From assembly GCF_056746865.1 (NCBI RefSeq), contig NZ_CM163382.1: a stretch of DNA of 64,000 nucleotides; one strand, written 5' to 3'. Below the pieces are notes generated by a model. That model saw nothing but the letters and a program-made list of their open reading frames with translations, was not told the DNA's origin and searched no databases. Made by a program: the position numbers and the translations under genes. Of this stretch, positions 33,975 to 46,846 are shown piece after piece; the first letter of the stretch is position 1; each line of letters begins with the position of its first letter.

Positions 33975-34160
33975 ACCTGCAAAGGGGAGTAACTTCATTG
34001 CCGGTCGATCGTCATTACGATGTGTGAAAAACCACATCCGGTCACCGGGCAACCCGAAAGGAATACGCAGACGTATTCCTTTTTTGTTGTAAGTGAGACC
34101 TTGCCGGAAGGCGAGGTCTATGCATAAAAAGCAGCGGCTGACGTCTTCCGACGTTGGCCG
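33975..34160 (+). ncRNA. alx 5' leader: yybP-ykoY-type (Mn/pH-responsive) riboswitch element
   Basis: Conserved aaaGGGGAGUAac core plus several hairpins (for example ccggaaggcgaggtc...cggctgacgtcttccg) immediately upstream of alx. Boundaries are approximate. Confidence 0.6.
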
Positions 34161-34184
34161 TTTTTTTATGTGTAAGGAACTTCT

Positions 34185-35150
34185 ATGAATACTGTCGGCA
34201 CGCCGTTGCTATGGGGCGGATTCGCTGTTGTTGTCGCCATTATGCTGGCTATCGACCTGTTGTTGCAGGGGCGTCGTGGGGCACATGGCATGACCATGAA
34301 ACAGGCTGCGGCCTGGTCGCTGGTCTGGGTGACGCTGTCGTTACTGTTTAACGCCGCTTTCTGGTGGTATCTGGTGCAAACCGAAGGTCGCGCCGTTGCC
34401 GATCCACAGGCACTGGCCTTTCTCACGGGTTATCTGATTGAGAAATCGCTGGCGGTCGATAACGTCTTTGTCTGGCTGATGTTGTTCAGCTATTTCTCTG
34501 TTCCGGCGGCGTTACAACGGCGCGTGCTGGTGTATGGCGTGCTCGGGGCGATTGTTCTGCGTACCATCATGATCTTCACTGGCAGCTGGCTGATTTCGCA
34601 GTTCGACTGGATCCTGTATATCTTCGGTGCCTTCCTGCTGTTTACCGGCGTGAAGATGGCGCTGGCCCATGAAGATGAATCAGGCATTGGCGACAAGCCG
34701 CTGGTGCGCTGGCTACGCGGTCATTTGCGCATGACCGACACCATCGACAACGAGCATTTCTTTGTGCGTAAGAATGGCTTGCTGTATGCCACGCCGCTGA
34801 TGCTGGTGCTGATTCTGGTGGAATTGAGCGACGTGATTTTCGCCGTGGATAGCATTCCGGCTATCTTCGCCGTGACCACTGACCCGTTCATTGTGCTGAC
34901 CTCAAACCTGTTTGCGATCCTCGGCCTGCGTGCGATGTATTTCCTGCTGGCGGGCGTAGCAGAACGTTTCTCGATGCTCAAATATGGCCTGGCGGTGATT
35001 CTGGTGTTTATCGGTATCAAGATGCTGATTGTCGACTTCTACCATATTCCAATCGCCGTCTCGCTGGGCGTGGTGTTTGGCATTCTGGTGATGACGTTTA
35101 TTATCAACGCCTGGGTGAATTATCGGCATGATAAGCAGCGGGGAGAATGA
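34185..35150 (+). CDS. alx: TerC-family inner-membrane protein Alx, 321 aa
   Basis: ORF 34185..35150; synteny and length. Confidence 0.9.
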   Translation: MNTVGTPLLWGGFAVVVAIMLAIDLLLQGRRGAHGMTMKQAAAWSLVWVTLSLLFNAAFWWYLVQTEGRAVADPQALAFLTGYLIEKSLAVDNVFVWLMLFSYFSVPAALQRRVLVYGVLGAIVLRTIMIFTGSWLISQFDWILYIFGAFLLFTGVKMALAHEDESGIGDKPLVRWLRGHLRMTDTIDNEHFFVRKNGLLYATPLMLVLILVELSDVIFAVDSIPAIFAVTTDPFIVLTSNLFAILGLRAMYFLLAGVAERFSMLKYGLAVILVFIGIKMLIVDFYHIPIAVSLGVVFGILVMTFIINAWVNYRHDKQRGE

Positions 35151-35765
35151 TTCGCTGTATATTAAGCCATTACTAGAGATAACTCATTCCAGACAAAGGT
35201 GAGCTATTAATTATGTAATCGGCTTATAGCTCTTTACAAAAAGACCGCACGGGTGTTGGTGGCGTCAAAATCGCCGAAGCGTTCCCTGGAGGCCGGGGCG
35301 ACGCGCATGGATGCGCGGCGAGGGCGCATCTTACAGGGACGTTCCCTTGCGCCCGACCCGGTAGCCGCAAGGGATAAGCTGAGGGAACCGCGCAGCGGCG
35401 ATTTTGTTCGCCAGAGCCTGGGGGTGCAGGGGGCGGCGGCGATTGGCCGCCCCCTGCGCGCTCCCTGCGGCATTGACTTTATATGGCATAGCACATTAAA
35501 GGAGCGCAACCGTTCTCATATTCCAAATAGTTTTGCCCATATGTTATCTAATCAGCCTTAGTAGCCAGTCCTTCCCTCTGTTTATGTCAAATAAATGTAA
35601 CCATGAAGTTGCAAAATATGACCTCTCTTTAAAATCCAGCATTTTTCGCTTCCCGAAGCTGTAACTTTCCTTATACTCGACCTTGCAAACACTTTGTTAC
35701 ATCCTGAAAGATGCGTCGACAGAACGCACCAGGGATGTGCGACAACACAATGAAAGGATCGAAAA

Positions 35766-37010
35766 ATGACTACGCAACGTTCACCGGGGCTATTCCGGCG
35801 TCTGGCTCATGGCAGCCTGGTAAAACAAATCCTGGTCGGCCTTGTTCTGGGGATTCTTCTGGCATGGATCTCAAAACCCGCGGCGGAAGCTGTTGGTCTG
35901 TTAGGTACTTTGTTCGTCGGCGCACTGAAAGCCGTTGCCCCCATCCTGGTGTTGATGCTGGTAATGGCGTCTATTGCTAACCACCAGCACGGGCAGAAAA
36001 CCAATATCCGTCCTATTTTGTTCCTCTATCTACTGGGCACCTTCTCTGCTGCTCTGGCCGCAGTAGTCTTCAGCTTTGCCTTCCCTTCTACCCTGCACTT
36101 GTCCAGTAGCGCGGGTGATATTTCGCCGCCGTCAGGCATTGTCGAAGTGATGCGCGGGCTGGTAATGAGCATGGTTTCCAACCCCATCGACGCGCTGCTG
36201 AAAGGTAACTACATCGGGATTCTGGTGTGGGCAATTGGCCTCGGTTTCGCACTGCGTCACGGTAACGAGACCACCAAAAACCTGGTCAACGATATGTCGA
36301 ATGCCGTCACCTTTATGGTGAAACTGGTCATTCGCTTCGCACCGATCGGTATTTTTGGTCTGGTTTCTTCTACCCTGGCAACCACCGGTTTCTCCACACT
36401 GTGGGGCTACGCGCAACTGCTGGTCGTGCTGGTTGGCTGTATGCTGCTGGTGGCGCTGGTGGTTAACCCCTTGCTGGTGTGGTGGAAAATTCGTCGTAAC
36501 CCGTTCCCGCTGGTGCTGCTGTGCCTGCGCGAAAGCGGCGTGTACGCCTTCTTCACCCGCAGCTCTGCGGCGAACATTCCGGTGAATATGGCGCTGTGTG
36601 AAAAGCTGAATCTGGATCGCGATACCTATTCCGTTTCTATTCCGCTGGGTGCCACCATCAATATGGCGGGCGCAGCAATCACCATTACCGTGTTGACGCT
36701 GGCTGCGGTTAATACGCTGGGTATTCCGGTCGATCTGCCCACAGCGCTGCTGTTGAGCGTAGTGGCTTCTCTGTGTGCCTGTGGCGCATCCGGCGTGGCG
36801 GGGGGTTCTCTGCTGCTGATCCCACTGGCCTGTAATATGTTCGGTATTTCGAACGATATCGCCATGCAGGTGGTTGCCGTCGGCTTTATCATCGGCGTAT
36901 TGCAGGACTCTTGCGAAACCGCGCTGAACTCTTCAACTGACGTGCTGTTCACTGCGGCAGCTTGCCAGGCAGAAGACGATCGTCTGGCAAATAGCGCCCT
37001 GCGTAATTAA
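35766..37010 (+). CDS. sstT: serine/threonine:Na+ symporter, 414 aa
   Basis: ORF 35766..37010; length and synteny. Confidence 0.9.
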   Translation: MTTQRSPGLFRRLAHGSLVKQILVGLVLGILLAWISKPAAEAVGLLGTLFVGALKAVAPILVLMLVMASIANHQHGQKTNIRPILFLYLLGTFSAALAAVVFSFAFPSTLHLSSSAGDISPPSGIVEVMRGLVMSMVSNPIDALLKGNYIGILVWAIGLGFALRHGNETTKNLVNDMSNAVTFMVKLVIRFAPIGIFGLVSSTLATTGFSTLWGYAQLLVVLVGCMLLVALVVNPLLVWWKIRRNPFPLVLLCLRESGVYAFFTRSSAANIPVNMALCEKLNLDRDTYSVSIPLGATINMAGAAITITVLTLAAVNTLGIPVDLPTALLLSVVASLCACGASGVAGGSLLLIPLACNMFGISNDIAMQVVAVGFIIGVLQDSCETALNSSTDVLFTAAACQAEDDRLANSALRN

Positions 37011-37014
37011 TTGT

Positions 37015-37566
37015 TTAACCCCTTTCGTCTACGGCGGAAGGGGTTTTCTCTACTTTAAACGGATCAATTCCCCTTTTCTGCATCCGCCAGAAACGAATGA
37101 TATTCAGACCATTCATCAGCAGAAAACTCCCCTCAATCATCGTGCCGCCTATCGACCCCGCCCAGAAGTTGTGAATCACCCAGCAACACGTTGAAAACCA
37201 CATTACGCAGCGCATGGTCAGCCCTTTACAGCGGAACAGCGCCCAGGTACTGACAATCGTGCCGATTACCGGCAGTAGTTCGACAGGATGATGGAACTTC
37301 GCGAGGCCAATTCCGCCAGTCAGCACAATAAAAATCGCCATTACCCATAAGCTGCGCGTGCGTAAAGTAATCAGCGTACGAATGGCATTAAGGATGGCAC
37401 TGGCACCAGCGGGATAGGTGCCCAGAAGAAAAAAATGTACGCCAATAACGGCGCTATAGACCGAAAGCTGCTTTTTGAAGCGACGTTCGTCACGATTGAA
37501 AAATGTTGTGATACCGATCAGAAAGGCGATGACACCCACGCCCTGGGCCAGCCAATACGCGGTCAT
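37015..37566 (-). CDS. ygjV: inner-membrane protein YgjV, 183 aa
   Basis: ORF 37015..37566; hydrophobic; synteny. Confidence 0.8.
   Translation of the reverse strand: MTAYWLAQGVGVIAFLIGITTFFNRDERRFKKQLSVYSAVIGVHFFLLGTYPAGASAILNAIRTLITLRTRSLWVMAIFIVLTGGIGLAKFHHPVELLPVIGTIVSTWALFRCKGLTMRCVMWFSTCCWVIHNFWAGSIGGTMIEGSFLLMNGLNIIRFWRMQKRGIDPFKVEKTPSAVDERG
37016..37055. terminator. hairpin terminator between sstT and ygjV
   Basis: aaccccttcgtctacggcggaaggggtt followed by ttctctacttt. Confidence 0.5.
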
Positions 37567-37648
37567 GATAAATCCTTAGCAGGTATGGAAAAGCAAACGG
37601 CGCTTCACATTATGAAACGCCGTTTTTTATTAACAACTCATTTCGACT

Positions 37649-39136
37649 TTATAGCGTTACGCCGCTTTTGAAGATCGCCAGTTCGCGGAAGTCGTTACGC
37701 TCGTTGCAGGTTTGTTTACCATTGGCAAACTCAACGATGGTATCGATAAATTCTTCCAGCAACTGCGGCATCGCTTTACCGTGGATCAGCTGACCCGCGT
37801 CAAAGTCGATCCAGTGTTTTTTCTTCGCCGCCAGTTCACTGTTGGTGGCGATTTTCACCGTCGGCACAAATCCACCATACGGCGTGCCACGACCAGTACT
37901 GAACAGCACCATATGGCAGCCCGCACCCGCCAGGGCGCTGGTCGCTACGGCATCGTTACCCGGCGCACTTAACAAGTTCAGCCCCGGTGTTTTCAGACGC
38001 TCACCGTAACGCAGCACGTCAACCACGACGCTGGAACCCGCTTTCTGGGTACAGCCAAGTGATTTGTCTTCCAGCGTGGTGATACCGCCCGCTTTGTTCC
38101 CCGGCGATGGGTTTTCATAGATCGGCTGGTCATGGGCAATAAAGTACTGCTTGAAGTCATTGACCATGGTGACCAGTTTTTCAAACGTTGCTTCGTCGCG
38201 GCAATGGTCCATCAGCAACTGCTCTGCGCCAAACATCTCCGGCACTTCGGTCAGTACGGTAGTACCGCCGTTAGCAATCACGTAGTCAGAGAAACGCCCC
38301 AGCATCGGGTTAGCAGTAATACCAGAAAGACCGTCAGAACCACCGCACTCCAGACCAAACTTCAGTTCGCTGAGTTTGCCTGGCTCGCGCTTGTCGTTGC
38401 GCATCACGTTATACAGCTGATGCAGATGCTCGATCCCGGCTTCGATCTCATCATCCTGCTGTTGGCAGATCATGAAATGAACGCGTTCAGGATCGATATC
38501 GCCCAGCGTTTCACGGAATGCGGTAACCTGGTTGTTTTCACAGCCCAGACCAATCACCAGCACTGCGCCTGCGTTCGGGTGGCGCACCATGTTTTGCAGC
38601 ATGGTGCGGGTATTAATGTGATCGTCGCCCAGCTGTGAGCAGCCGTAGGTGTGGCTGAAGAGGAACACGCCGTCGGTACCTTCAGCGTTGTTGGTCTCTT
38701 TCAGAAAACGGTTCTGGATCTGCCGCGCGATGCCGTTAACACAGCCCACGGTTGGCAGGATCCACAGCTCATTGCGCACCCCGACATCGCCGTTAGCGCG
38801 ACGATAGATCTGCACTTCACGATCTGCCGCTTGCGCAGGCAGATCCTGAAAATCAGGTTGATAGCGATACTGATCCAGATCGCTCAGATTCGTGCGCGTA
38901 TTGTGGGCGTGAACGTGTTCCCCCGCCGCAATATCCGCCAATGCATAACCAATCGGCAGGCCATATTTGATGACGTTGGCCCCTTTTGCGATATCCGTTA
39001 ACGCAAATTTATGTCCACGAGCAACATCCTGGCGCAGCGTAACAGTCTGGTTGTCGACACTGACTTCTGTGCCTTCCGCCAAATCTGCTAAAGCGACCGC
39101 GACGTTATCCAGCGCATGGATCTTGATGTATTGCAT
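37649..39136 (-). CDS. uxaA: altronate dehydratase, 495 aa
   Basis: ORF 37649..39136; length and synteny. Confidence 0.9.
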   Translation of the reverse strand: MQYIKIHALDNVAVALADLAEGTEVSVDNQTVTLRQDVARGHKFALTDIAKGANVIKYGLPIGYALADIAAGEHVHAHNTRTNLSDLDQYRYQPDFQDLPAQAADREVQIYRRANGDVGVRNELWILPTVGCVNGIARQIQNRFLKETNNAEGTDGVFLFSHTYGCSQLGDDHINTRTMLQNMVRHPNAGAVLVIGLGCENNQVTAFRETLGDIDPERVHFMICQQQDDEIEAGIEHLHQLYNVMRNDKREPGKLSELKFGLECGGSDGLSGITANPMLGRFSDYVIANGGTTVLTEVPEMFGAEQLLMDHCRDEATFEKLVTMVNDFKQYFIAHDQPIYENPSPGNKAGGITTLEDKSLGCTQKAGSSVVVDVLRYGERLKTPGLNLLSAPGNDAVATSALAGAGCHMVLFSTGRGTPYGGFVPTVKIATNSELAAKKKHWIDFDAGQLIHGKAMPQLLEEFIDTIVEFANGKQTCNERNDFRELAIFKSGVTL

Positions 39137-39150
39137 ATCAACCCCAGACC

Positions 39151-40665
<1,515 letters not shown>

Positions 40666-41045
40666 TCAATAAACGTAGTTAAAAAAATTACTCTCAAAGT
40701 GGTAAATCTCGCTGCAGGCCGCGCCAGTACTGGCCTCGCTGTCGTCAGGTAATGTCCCTACAAATATTCCCACATTTGTGATGGCTCTCACCTTTTAAAG
40801 TTGTATGACAAGTTATCTTTCTGCCGTCGCAAATCATAAGTCGACGGAATGCAAATTGCCGATTCATTCATTTGTTAGATGAATCGGGTTAACCGGTACG
40901 GAAGCCGAATTAGCACGAAACTTTCATGGCAACGTTCGGGGCGTGCCGGTTTTTTTTCGGTTACCCGGTCGTAACTAACATCTTCAGCCTCTGGCGGGAT
41001 GATGGCCGCGCTTCCTGCGGATATAACAAAACGATGAGGTTTTAC

Positions 41046-42344
41046 ATGCGTAAAATTAAAGGGTTACGTTGGTATATGATCGCACTGGTGACGCTCGGCA
41101 CCGTGCTTGGTTACCTGACGCGTAACACTGTGGCGGCAGCTGCGCCAACTCTGATGGAAGAGTTAAACATCTCCACCCAACAGTATTCCTATATCATCGC
41201 AGCCTATTCTGCTGCTTATACGGTCATGCAACCGGTAGCGGGTTATGTACTGGATGTGCTGGGTACGAAAATCGGTTACGCAATGTTTGCTGTACTGTGG
41301 GCCGTATTCTGTGGTGCAACCGCGCTGGCAGGTAGCTGGGGTGGCCTGGCGATTGCTCGTGGTGCGGTCGGTGCCGCGGAAGCAGCGATGATCCCGGCGG
41401 GTCTGAAAGCCAGCTCCGAATGGTTCCCGGCGAAAGAGCGTTCCATCGCAGTAGGCTACTTTAACGTAGGTTCTTCTATTGGTGCGATGATTGCGCCGCC
41501 GCTGGTTGTATGGGCAATCGTGATGCACAGCTGGCAGATGGCATTTATCATCTCCGGTGCATTGAGCTTTATCTGGGCAATGGCATGGCTGATTTTCTAT
41601 AAACATCCGCGCGACCAGAAGCATCTGACCGATGAAGAACGCGACTACATTATTAATGGTCAGGAAGCCCAGCACCAGGTGAGCACGGCGAAGAAAATGT
41701 CCGTTGGTCAGATCCTGCGTAACCGTCAGTTCTGGGGTATTGCACTGCCGCGTTTCCTGGCAGAACCGGCCTGGGGTACTTTTAACGCGTGGATCCCGCT
41801 GTTCATGTTTAAAGTTTACGGCTTTAACCTGAAAGAGATCGCGATGTTTGCCTGGATGCCGATGCTGTTTGCTGACCTCGGTTGTATCCTCGGTGGTTAC
41901 CTGCCGCCGCTGTTCCAGCGTTGGTTTGGTGTTAACCTGATCGTTTCTCGTAAGATGGTCGTAACGCTGGGTGCTGTGCTGATGATTGGCCCGGGTATGA
42001 TCGGTCTGTTCACCAACCCGTATGTCGCAATTATGCTGCTGTGTATCGGTGGTTTTGCTCACCAGGCACTGTCTGGCGCGCTGATTACGCTCTCTTCTGA
42101 CGTGTTCGGTCGTAACGAAGTGGCAACGGCAAACGGTTTAACCGGGATGTCCGCATGGCTGGCAAGTACGCTGTTTGCGCTGGTTGTCGGTGCACTGGCT
42201 GACACCATCGGCTTCAGCCCGCTGTTCGCAGTTCTGGCAGTATTTGACCTGCTGGGTGCGCTGGTTATCTGGACGGTGTTGCAGAACAAACCGGCGATTG
42301 AGGTGGCGCAGGAAACACATAACGATCCTGCACCGCAACATTAA
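41046..42344 (+). CDS. exuT: hexuronate MFS transporter, 432 aa
   Basis: ORF 40926..42344; start at MRKIKGLRWYMIALV; divergent from uxaCA. Confidence 0.9.
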   Translation: MRKIKGLRWYMIALVTLGTVLGYLTRNTVAAAAPTLMEELNISTQQYSYIIAAYSAAYTVMQPVAGYVLDVLGTKIGYAMFAVLWAVFCGATALAGSWGGLAIARGAVGAAEAAMIPAGLKASSEWFPAKERSIAVGYFNVGSSIGAMIAPPLVVWAIVMHSWQMAFIISGALSFIWAMAWLIFYKHPRDQKHLTDEERDYIINGQEAQHQVSTAKKMSVGQILRNRQFWGIALPRFLAEPAWGTFNAWIPLFMFKVYGFNLKEIAMFAWMPMLFADLGCILGGYLPPLFQRWFGVNLIVSRKMVVTLGAVLMIGPGMIGLFTNPYVAIMLLCIGGFAHQALSGALITLSSDVFGRNEVATANGLTGMSAWLASTLFALVVGALADTIGFSPLFAVLAVFDLLGALVIWTVLQNKPAIEVAQETHNDPAPQH

Positions 42345-42372
42345 GGCTTCGTGTAAGTTTTAGTTTCCCTTC

Positions 42373-42399
42373 AAAGCCGCCTTCTCAGGCGGCTTTTTC
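42373..42399 (+). terminator. rho-independent terminator after exuT
   Basis: aagccgcc-ttctca-ggcggctt followed by tttca. Confidence 0.65.
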
Positions 42400-42473
42400 A
42401 TCACTGTGAGTAGAGCTAAACTCGCAAAAGTGGTATAACAAATATAGTCTGCCGTATCATGCCTGGAGCGCAT

Positions 42474-43250
42474 ATGGAAATCACTGAACCACGCCGTTTG
42501 TATCAACAACTTGCCGCTGATCTGAAAGAGCGCATCGAACAGGGCGTCTATCTGGTGGGTGATAAACTGCCTGCTGAGCGCTTTATTGCCGATGAAAAGA
42601 ACGTCAGCCGTACGGTAGTTCGTGAAGCCATCATCATGCTGGAAGTTGAAGGCTATGTGGAGGTGCGTAAAGGTTCAGGTATTCACGTGGTTTCCAACCA
42701 GCCGCGTCATCAGCAGGCGGCGGACAATAATATGGAATTCGCCAATTACGGTCCGTTTGAGTTGCTCCAGGCTCGCCAGCTCATCGAAAGTAATATTGCC
42801 GAGTTCGCGGCAACTCAGGTAACGAAACAGGACATCATGAAACTGATGGCCATCCAGGAGCAGGCGCGCGGCGAACAATGCTTCCGTGATTCCGAGTGGG
42901 ATTTGCAGTTCCACATTCAGGTAGCCCTGGCGACGCAGAACTCCGCCCTGGCGGCTATCGTTGAAAAAATGTGGACCCAACGTAGCCATAACCCGTACTG
43001 GAAAAAACTACACGAACACATTGATGCCCGTACTGTCGATAACTGGTGCGATGACCACGATCAGATCCTCAAGGCGTTAATTCGCAAAGATCCTCATGCT
43101 GCCAAGCTGGCAATGTGGCAGCATCTGGAAAACACCAAAATCATGTTATTTAACGAAACCAGCGACGATTTCGAGTTCAATGCCGACCGCTATCTGTTCG
43201 CAGAAAACCCGGTAGTGCATCTCGATACGGCCACCAGCGGCAGCAAATGA
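42474..43250 (+). CDS. exuR: GntR-family hexuronate regulon repressor, 258 aa
   Basis: ORF 42459..43250; start at [13 protein letters not shown]; GntR-type HTH. Confidence 0.9.
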   Translation: MEITEPRRLYQQLAADLKERIEQGVYLVGDKLPAERFIADEKNVSRTVVREAIIMLEVEGYVEVRKGSGIHVVSNQPRHQQAADNNMEFANYGPFELLQARQLIESNIAEFAATQVTKQDIMKLMAIQEQARGEQCFRDSEWDLQFHIQVALATQNSALAAIVEKMWTQRSHNPYWKKLHEHIDARTVDNWCDDHDQILKALIRKDPHAAKLAMWQHLENTKIMLFNETSDDFEFNADRYLFAENPVVHLDTATSGSK

Positions 43251-43594
43251 AATTTCCATCCGACAGGCGCTGCAATGCGCCTGTTTGCTTCGTCGGTAAG
43301 CGAAAAGTATAAAGTGTCAGCCTGTGTAAATCCTCTCGCCACCCTCCCCTGCAATCAGCAAAATCAGACTCCACGGACATGTAATTTTGATAACGAACAA
43401 CGTTGACCTTTGTTACAATTAGATTCAATTTGAATTTATGCTTTTGAATGCTTTCTTATCTCACGATTTAACAGGGAATAGTTCAGGCTGTGTTGATGTA
43501 TCAAACCCGCAAAACATACCAAAACAGCAATAACATTGCGGTAGTGCATCTTTTAAAACCAGCGTGGCGTTAACCGATTCACCAGGAATAATGA

Positions 43595-44257
43595 ATGGAA
43601 CTTTTGACCCAATTGCTGCAAGCCCTGTGGGCGCAGGATTTTGAAACCCTGGCCAATCCGTCGATGATTGGCATGTTGTATTTTGTCTTGTTTGTAATTT
43701 TGTTCCTTGAAAACGGCTTGCTTCCGGCGGCCTTTTTACCGGGCGACAGTTTACTGGTGTTGGTCGGCGTATTGATTGCGAAAGGCGCGATGGGCTATCC
43801 GCAAACGATTCTGCTGCTGACCGTTGCCGCCAGCCTCGGTTGCTGGGTCAGCTATATTCAGGGGCGATGGTTGGGCAATACCCGCACTGTACAAAACTGG
43901 CTATCTCATTTACCCGCGCATTATCATCAACGCGCACACCATCTTTTTCATAAACACGGTTTATCGGCGCTGTTAATTGGTCGCTTTATTGCATTTGTCA
44001 GAACACTGCTGCCGACGATTGCCGGATTATCAGGGCTGAATAACGCGCGCTTTCAGTTCTTCAACTGGATGAGCGGTCTGCTGTGGGTATTGATCCTGAC
44101 AACTCTGGGTTACATGCTCGGCAAAACGCCGGTATTTTTAAAGTACGAGGACCAGCTGATGTCATGCCTGATGCTGCTCCCGGTGGTGCTGCTGGTGTTT
44201 GGCCTGGCAGGTTCTCTGGTCGTGTTATGGAAAAAGAAATATGGAAATCGGGGGTAA
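43595..44257 (+). CDS. yqjA: DedA-family inner-membrane protein, 220 aa
   Basis: ORF 43595..44257; synteny. Confidence 0.85.
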   Translation: MELLTQLLQALWAQDFETLANPSMIGMLYFVLFVILFLENGLLPAAFLPGDSLLVLVGVLIAKGAMGYPQTILLLTVAASLGCWVSYIQGRWLGNTRTVQNWLSHLPAHYHQRAHHLFHKHGLSALLIGRFIAFVRTLLPTIAGLSGLNNARFQFFNWMSGLLWVLILTTLGYMLGKTPVFLKYEDQLMSCLMLLPVVLLVFGLAGSLVVLWKKKYGNRG

Positions 44258-44260
44258 GGG

Positions 44261-44644
44261 ATGCAAATACCTCGCATGTCGCTTCGCCAGCTAGCCTGGT
44301 CCGGCGCTGTTTTACTTCTGGTCGGCACACTGTTGCTGGCCTGGTCCGCGGTTCGCCAGCAAGAGTCTACGCTGGCGATTCGTGCCGTTCATCAAGGGAC
44401 AACGATGCCAGACGGTTTTTCAATCTGGCATCACCTTGACGCTCACGGCATTCCTTTCAAAAGTATCACCCCCAAAAATGACACTCTGTTAATTACCTTT
44501 GACTCCAGCGACCAGAGTGCCGCCGCAAAAGCGGTCCTCGACAGAACATTGCCCCATGGCTACATCATCGCGCAGCAGGACAATAATAGTCAGGCTATGC
44601 AGTGGCTGACCCGGTTGCGGGATAACTCTCATCGCTTCGGATAA
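44261..44644 (+). CDS. mzrA: modulator of EnvZ/OmpR (MzrA), 127 aa
   Basis: ORF 44261..44644; N-terminal transmembrane segment; 3 bp after yqjA. Confidence 0.85.
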   Translation: MQIPRMSLRQLAWSGAVLLLVGTLLLAWSAVRQQESTLAIRAVHQGTTMPDGFSIWHHLDAHGIPFKSITPKNDTLLITFDSSDQSAAAKAVLDRTLPHGYIIAQQDNNSQAMQWLTRLRDNSHRFG

Positions 44645-44790
44645 CTTCCTGTTATCCGAAACATATCACTGACTTTGGTGATTTCACCGTAACTGTCTAT
44701 GATTAATGAGGCGGTGGTTAACACTACCGCTTCGTTGTCTGGACAATCGTTCCTTTGTAATAGGTCCGAATCACAATGGAAGGTTCAAGA

Positions 44791-45159
44791 ATGAAATACC
44801 GCATCGCTTTAGCTGTTTCTCTCTTTGCTCTTAGTGCCGGTAGTTATGCCACTACCCTGTGTCAGGAAAAGGAGCAAAATATCCTTAAGGAGATCAGCTA
44901 TGCCGAAAAACACCAAAACCAGAATCGTATTGACGGTCTGAATAAAGCCCTGAGTGAAGTCCGGGCCAACTGTTCAGATAGCCAGCTGCGTGCCGATCAT
45001 CAGAAGAAAATCGCAAAGCAGAAAGATGAGGTGGCGGAACGCCAGCAAGATTTAACCGAGGCGAAGCAAAAAGGCGATGCCGATAAGATTGCCAAACGCG
45101 AACGGAAACTGGCAGAAGCGCAGGAAGAGCTGAAAAAGCTGGAAGCGCGCGACTACTAA
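44791..45159 (+). CDS. yqjC: periplasmic protein YqjC (DUF1090), 122 aa
   Basis: ORF 44776..45159; start at MKYRIALAVSLFALSAGSYA (signal peptide). Confidence 0.8.
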   Translation: MKYRIALAVSLFALSAGSYATTLCQEKEQNILKEISYAEKHQNQNRIDGLNKALSEVRANCSDSQLRADHQKKIAKQKDEVAERQQDLTEAKQKGDADKIAKRERKLAEAQEELKKLEARDY

Positions 45160-45196
45160 CTCACAATAGTCACTACTTACTCACCTGGAGAAAACT

Positions 45197-45502
45197 ATGT
45201 CGAAAGAACACACTACGGAACATCTGCGTGCTGAGTTGAAATCCCTTTCCGATACGCTGGAAGAGGTGCTTAGCTCATCTGGCGAGAAGTCGAAAGAAGA
45301 GTTGAGTAAGATTCGTAGCAAAGCGGAGCAGGCACTGAAACAGAGCCGTTATCGCCTGGGTGAAACCGGTGATGCCATCGCCAAACAAACCCGTGTCGCG
45401 GCGGCGCGTGCCGATGAGTATGTGCGTGAAAATCCATGGACGGGCGTGGGCATTGGCGCTGCAATCGGTGTAGTGCTCGGCGTTCTGCTATCGCGTCGTT
45501 AA
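45197..45502 (+). CDS. yqjD: ribosome-associated membrane protein YqjD, 101 aa
   Basis: ORF 45197..45502; C-terminal transmembrane anchor. Confidence 0.85.
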   Translation: MSKEHTTEHLRAELKSLSDTLEEVLSSSGEKSKEELSKIRSKAEQALKQSRYRLGETGDAIAKQTRVAAARADEYVRENPWTGVGIGAAIGVVLGVLLSRR

Positions 45503-45504
45503 TT

Positions 45505-45909
45505 ATGGCGGACACTCATCACGCGCAAGGGCCCGGTAAAAGCGTTCTGGGCATCGGGCAGCGAATTGTTTCCATCATGGTTGAAATGGTGGAAACACGT
45601 CTGCGGCTGGCGGTGGTGGAGCTGGAAGAGGAAAAAGCGAATCTCTTTCAACTTTTACTGATGCTGGGCCTGACGATGCTTTTCGCTGCATTTGGTCTTA
45701 TGAGCCTGATGGTGCTGATTATTTGGGCGGTTGATCCGCAATATCGCCTGAATGCGATGATTGCCACCACCGTGGTGTTGCTGCTACTGGCACTGATTGG
45801 CGGTATCTGGACGTTACGTAAATCGCGTAAATCCACCTTGCTGCGCCATACACGCCATGAGCTGGCAAACGATCGGCAGCTGCTCGAGGAGGAGTCCCGT
45901 GAGCAGTAA
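45505..45909 (+). CDS. yqjE: inner-membrane protein YqjE, 134 aa
   Basis: ORF 45436..45909; start at MADTHHAQGPGKS. Confidence 0.8.
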   Translation: MADTHHAQGPGKSVLGIGQRIVSIMVEMVETRLRLAVVELEEEKANLFQLLLMLGLTMLFAAFGLMSLMVLIIWAVDPQYRLNAMIATTVVLLLLALIGGIWTLRKSRKSTLLRHTRHELANDRQLLEEESREQ

Positions 45910-46198
45910 AGTCGAACGTGAACGACGTAAGGCGCAACTGCTTAGCCAGATCCAGCAACAACGGCTGGATCTTTCTGCCAGTCGTCGTGAATGGCTGGAG
46001 GCAACAGGCGCTTACGATCGTCGCTGGAATATGCTGCTAAGTCTGCGCTCCTGGGCGCTGGTTGGCAGTAGCGTGATGGCGATCTGGACGATTCGCCATC
46101 CTAATATGCTGGTCCGCTGGGCCAGACGCGGTTTTGGCTTATGGAGCGCCTGGCGTCTGGTTAAAACGACCCTCAAGCAGCAACAGCTTCGCGGTTAA
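45899..46198 (+). CDS. yqjK: YqjK, 99 aa, GTG start overlapping the yqjE 3' end
   Basis: ORF 45797..46198; GTG at 45899 after GGAG (VSSKVERERRKAQLLSQ). Confidence 0.7.
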   Translation: MSSKVERERRKAQLLSQIQQQRLDLSASRREWLEATGAYDRRWNMLLSLRSWALVGSSVMAIWTIRHPNMLVRWARRGFGLWSAWRLVKTTLKQQQLRG

Positions 46199-46384
46199 TA
46201 ACCTCTCTGGCCGGAGCCATTCCGGCCTTATCCCTCAAATTTTTTGAAGATTTTTGACAGTTTTCCTTGCTAACAATCATCATTCACCACGTTTATGATT
46301 CTCTCCATCGACAGCAACGACGCTAATACCGCGCCCTTGCACAAAAAAACAATCAGCAGCCTGAGTGGCGCAGTGGAGAGTATG

Positions 46385-46777
46385 ATGAAAAAATTAGAAG
46401 ATGTTGGTGTACTGGTAGCGCGCATTTTAATGCCGATTCTGTTTATTACCGCAGGCTGGGGAAAAATTACTGGCTACGCGGGTACCCAACAATATATGGA
46501 AGCGATGGGTGTCCCAGGCTTTATGCTGCCGCTGGTGATTCTGCTTGAGTTTGGTGGTGGTCTGGCAATCCTGTTCGGTTTCCTGACTCGCACCACAGCC
46601 CTGTTTACTGCGGGCTTTACGCTGCTGACGGCATTTTTATTTCACAGCAACTTTGCTGAAGGCGTCAACTCGCTGATGTTCATGAAAAACCTGACAATTT
46701 CTGGCGGATTCCTGCTGCTGGCAATTACCGGTCCGGGCGCGTATAGCATCGACCGCCTGCTGAATAAAAAGTGGTAA
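46385..46777 (+). CDS. yqjF: DoxX-family inner-membrane protein, 130 aa
   Basis: ORF 46295..46777; start at MKKLEDVGVLVARIL. Confidence 0.8.
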   Translation: MKKLEDVGVLVARILMPILFITAGWGKITGYAGTQQYMEAMGVPGFMLPLVILLEFGGGLAILFGFLTRTTALFTAGFTLLTAFLFHSNFAEGVNSLMFMKNLTISGGFLLLAITGPGAYSIDRLLNKKW

Positions 46778-46846
46778 GCACGCGCTATACTTAACGATAA
46801 AAAACGAGGAGGAAGCTCCTCGTTTTTGCTATTGGAGGAGAGAAAT

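Noticed and set aside
35234-35561. Overlapping ORFs on both strands (91 aa minus, 102 aa plus) upstream of sstT
   Set aside because: They overlap each other in a GC-rich repeat region, give Arg/Gly/Ala-rich translations and lack RBSs; treated as a non-coding structured element instead.
41163-42062. 299-aa minus-strand ORF
   Set aside because: Antisense to exuT; Arg/His-rich artefactual translation.
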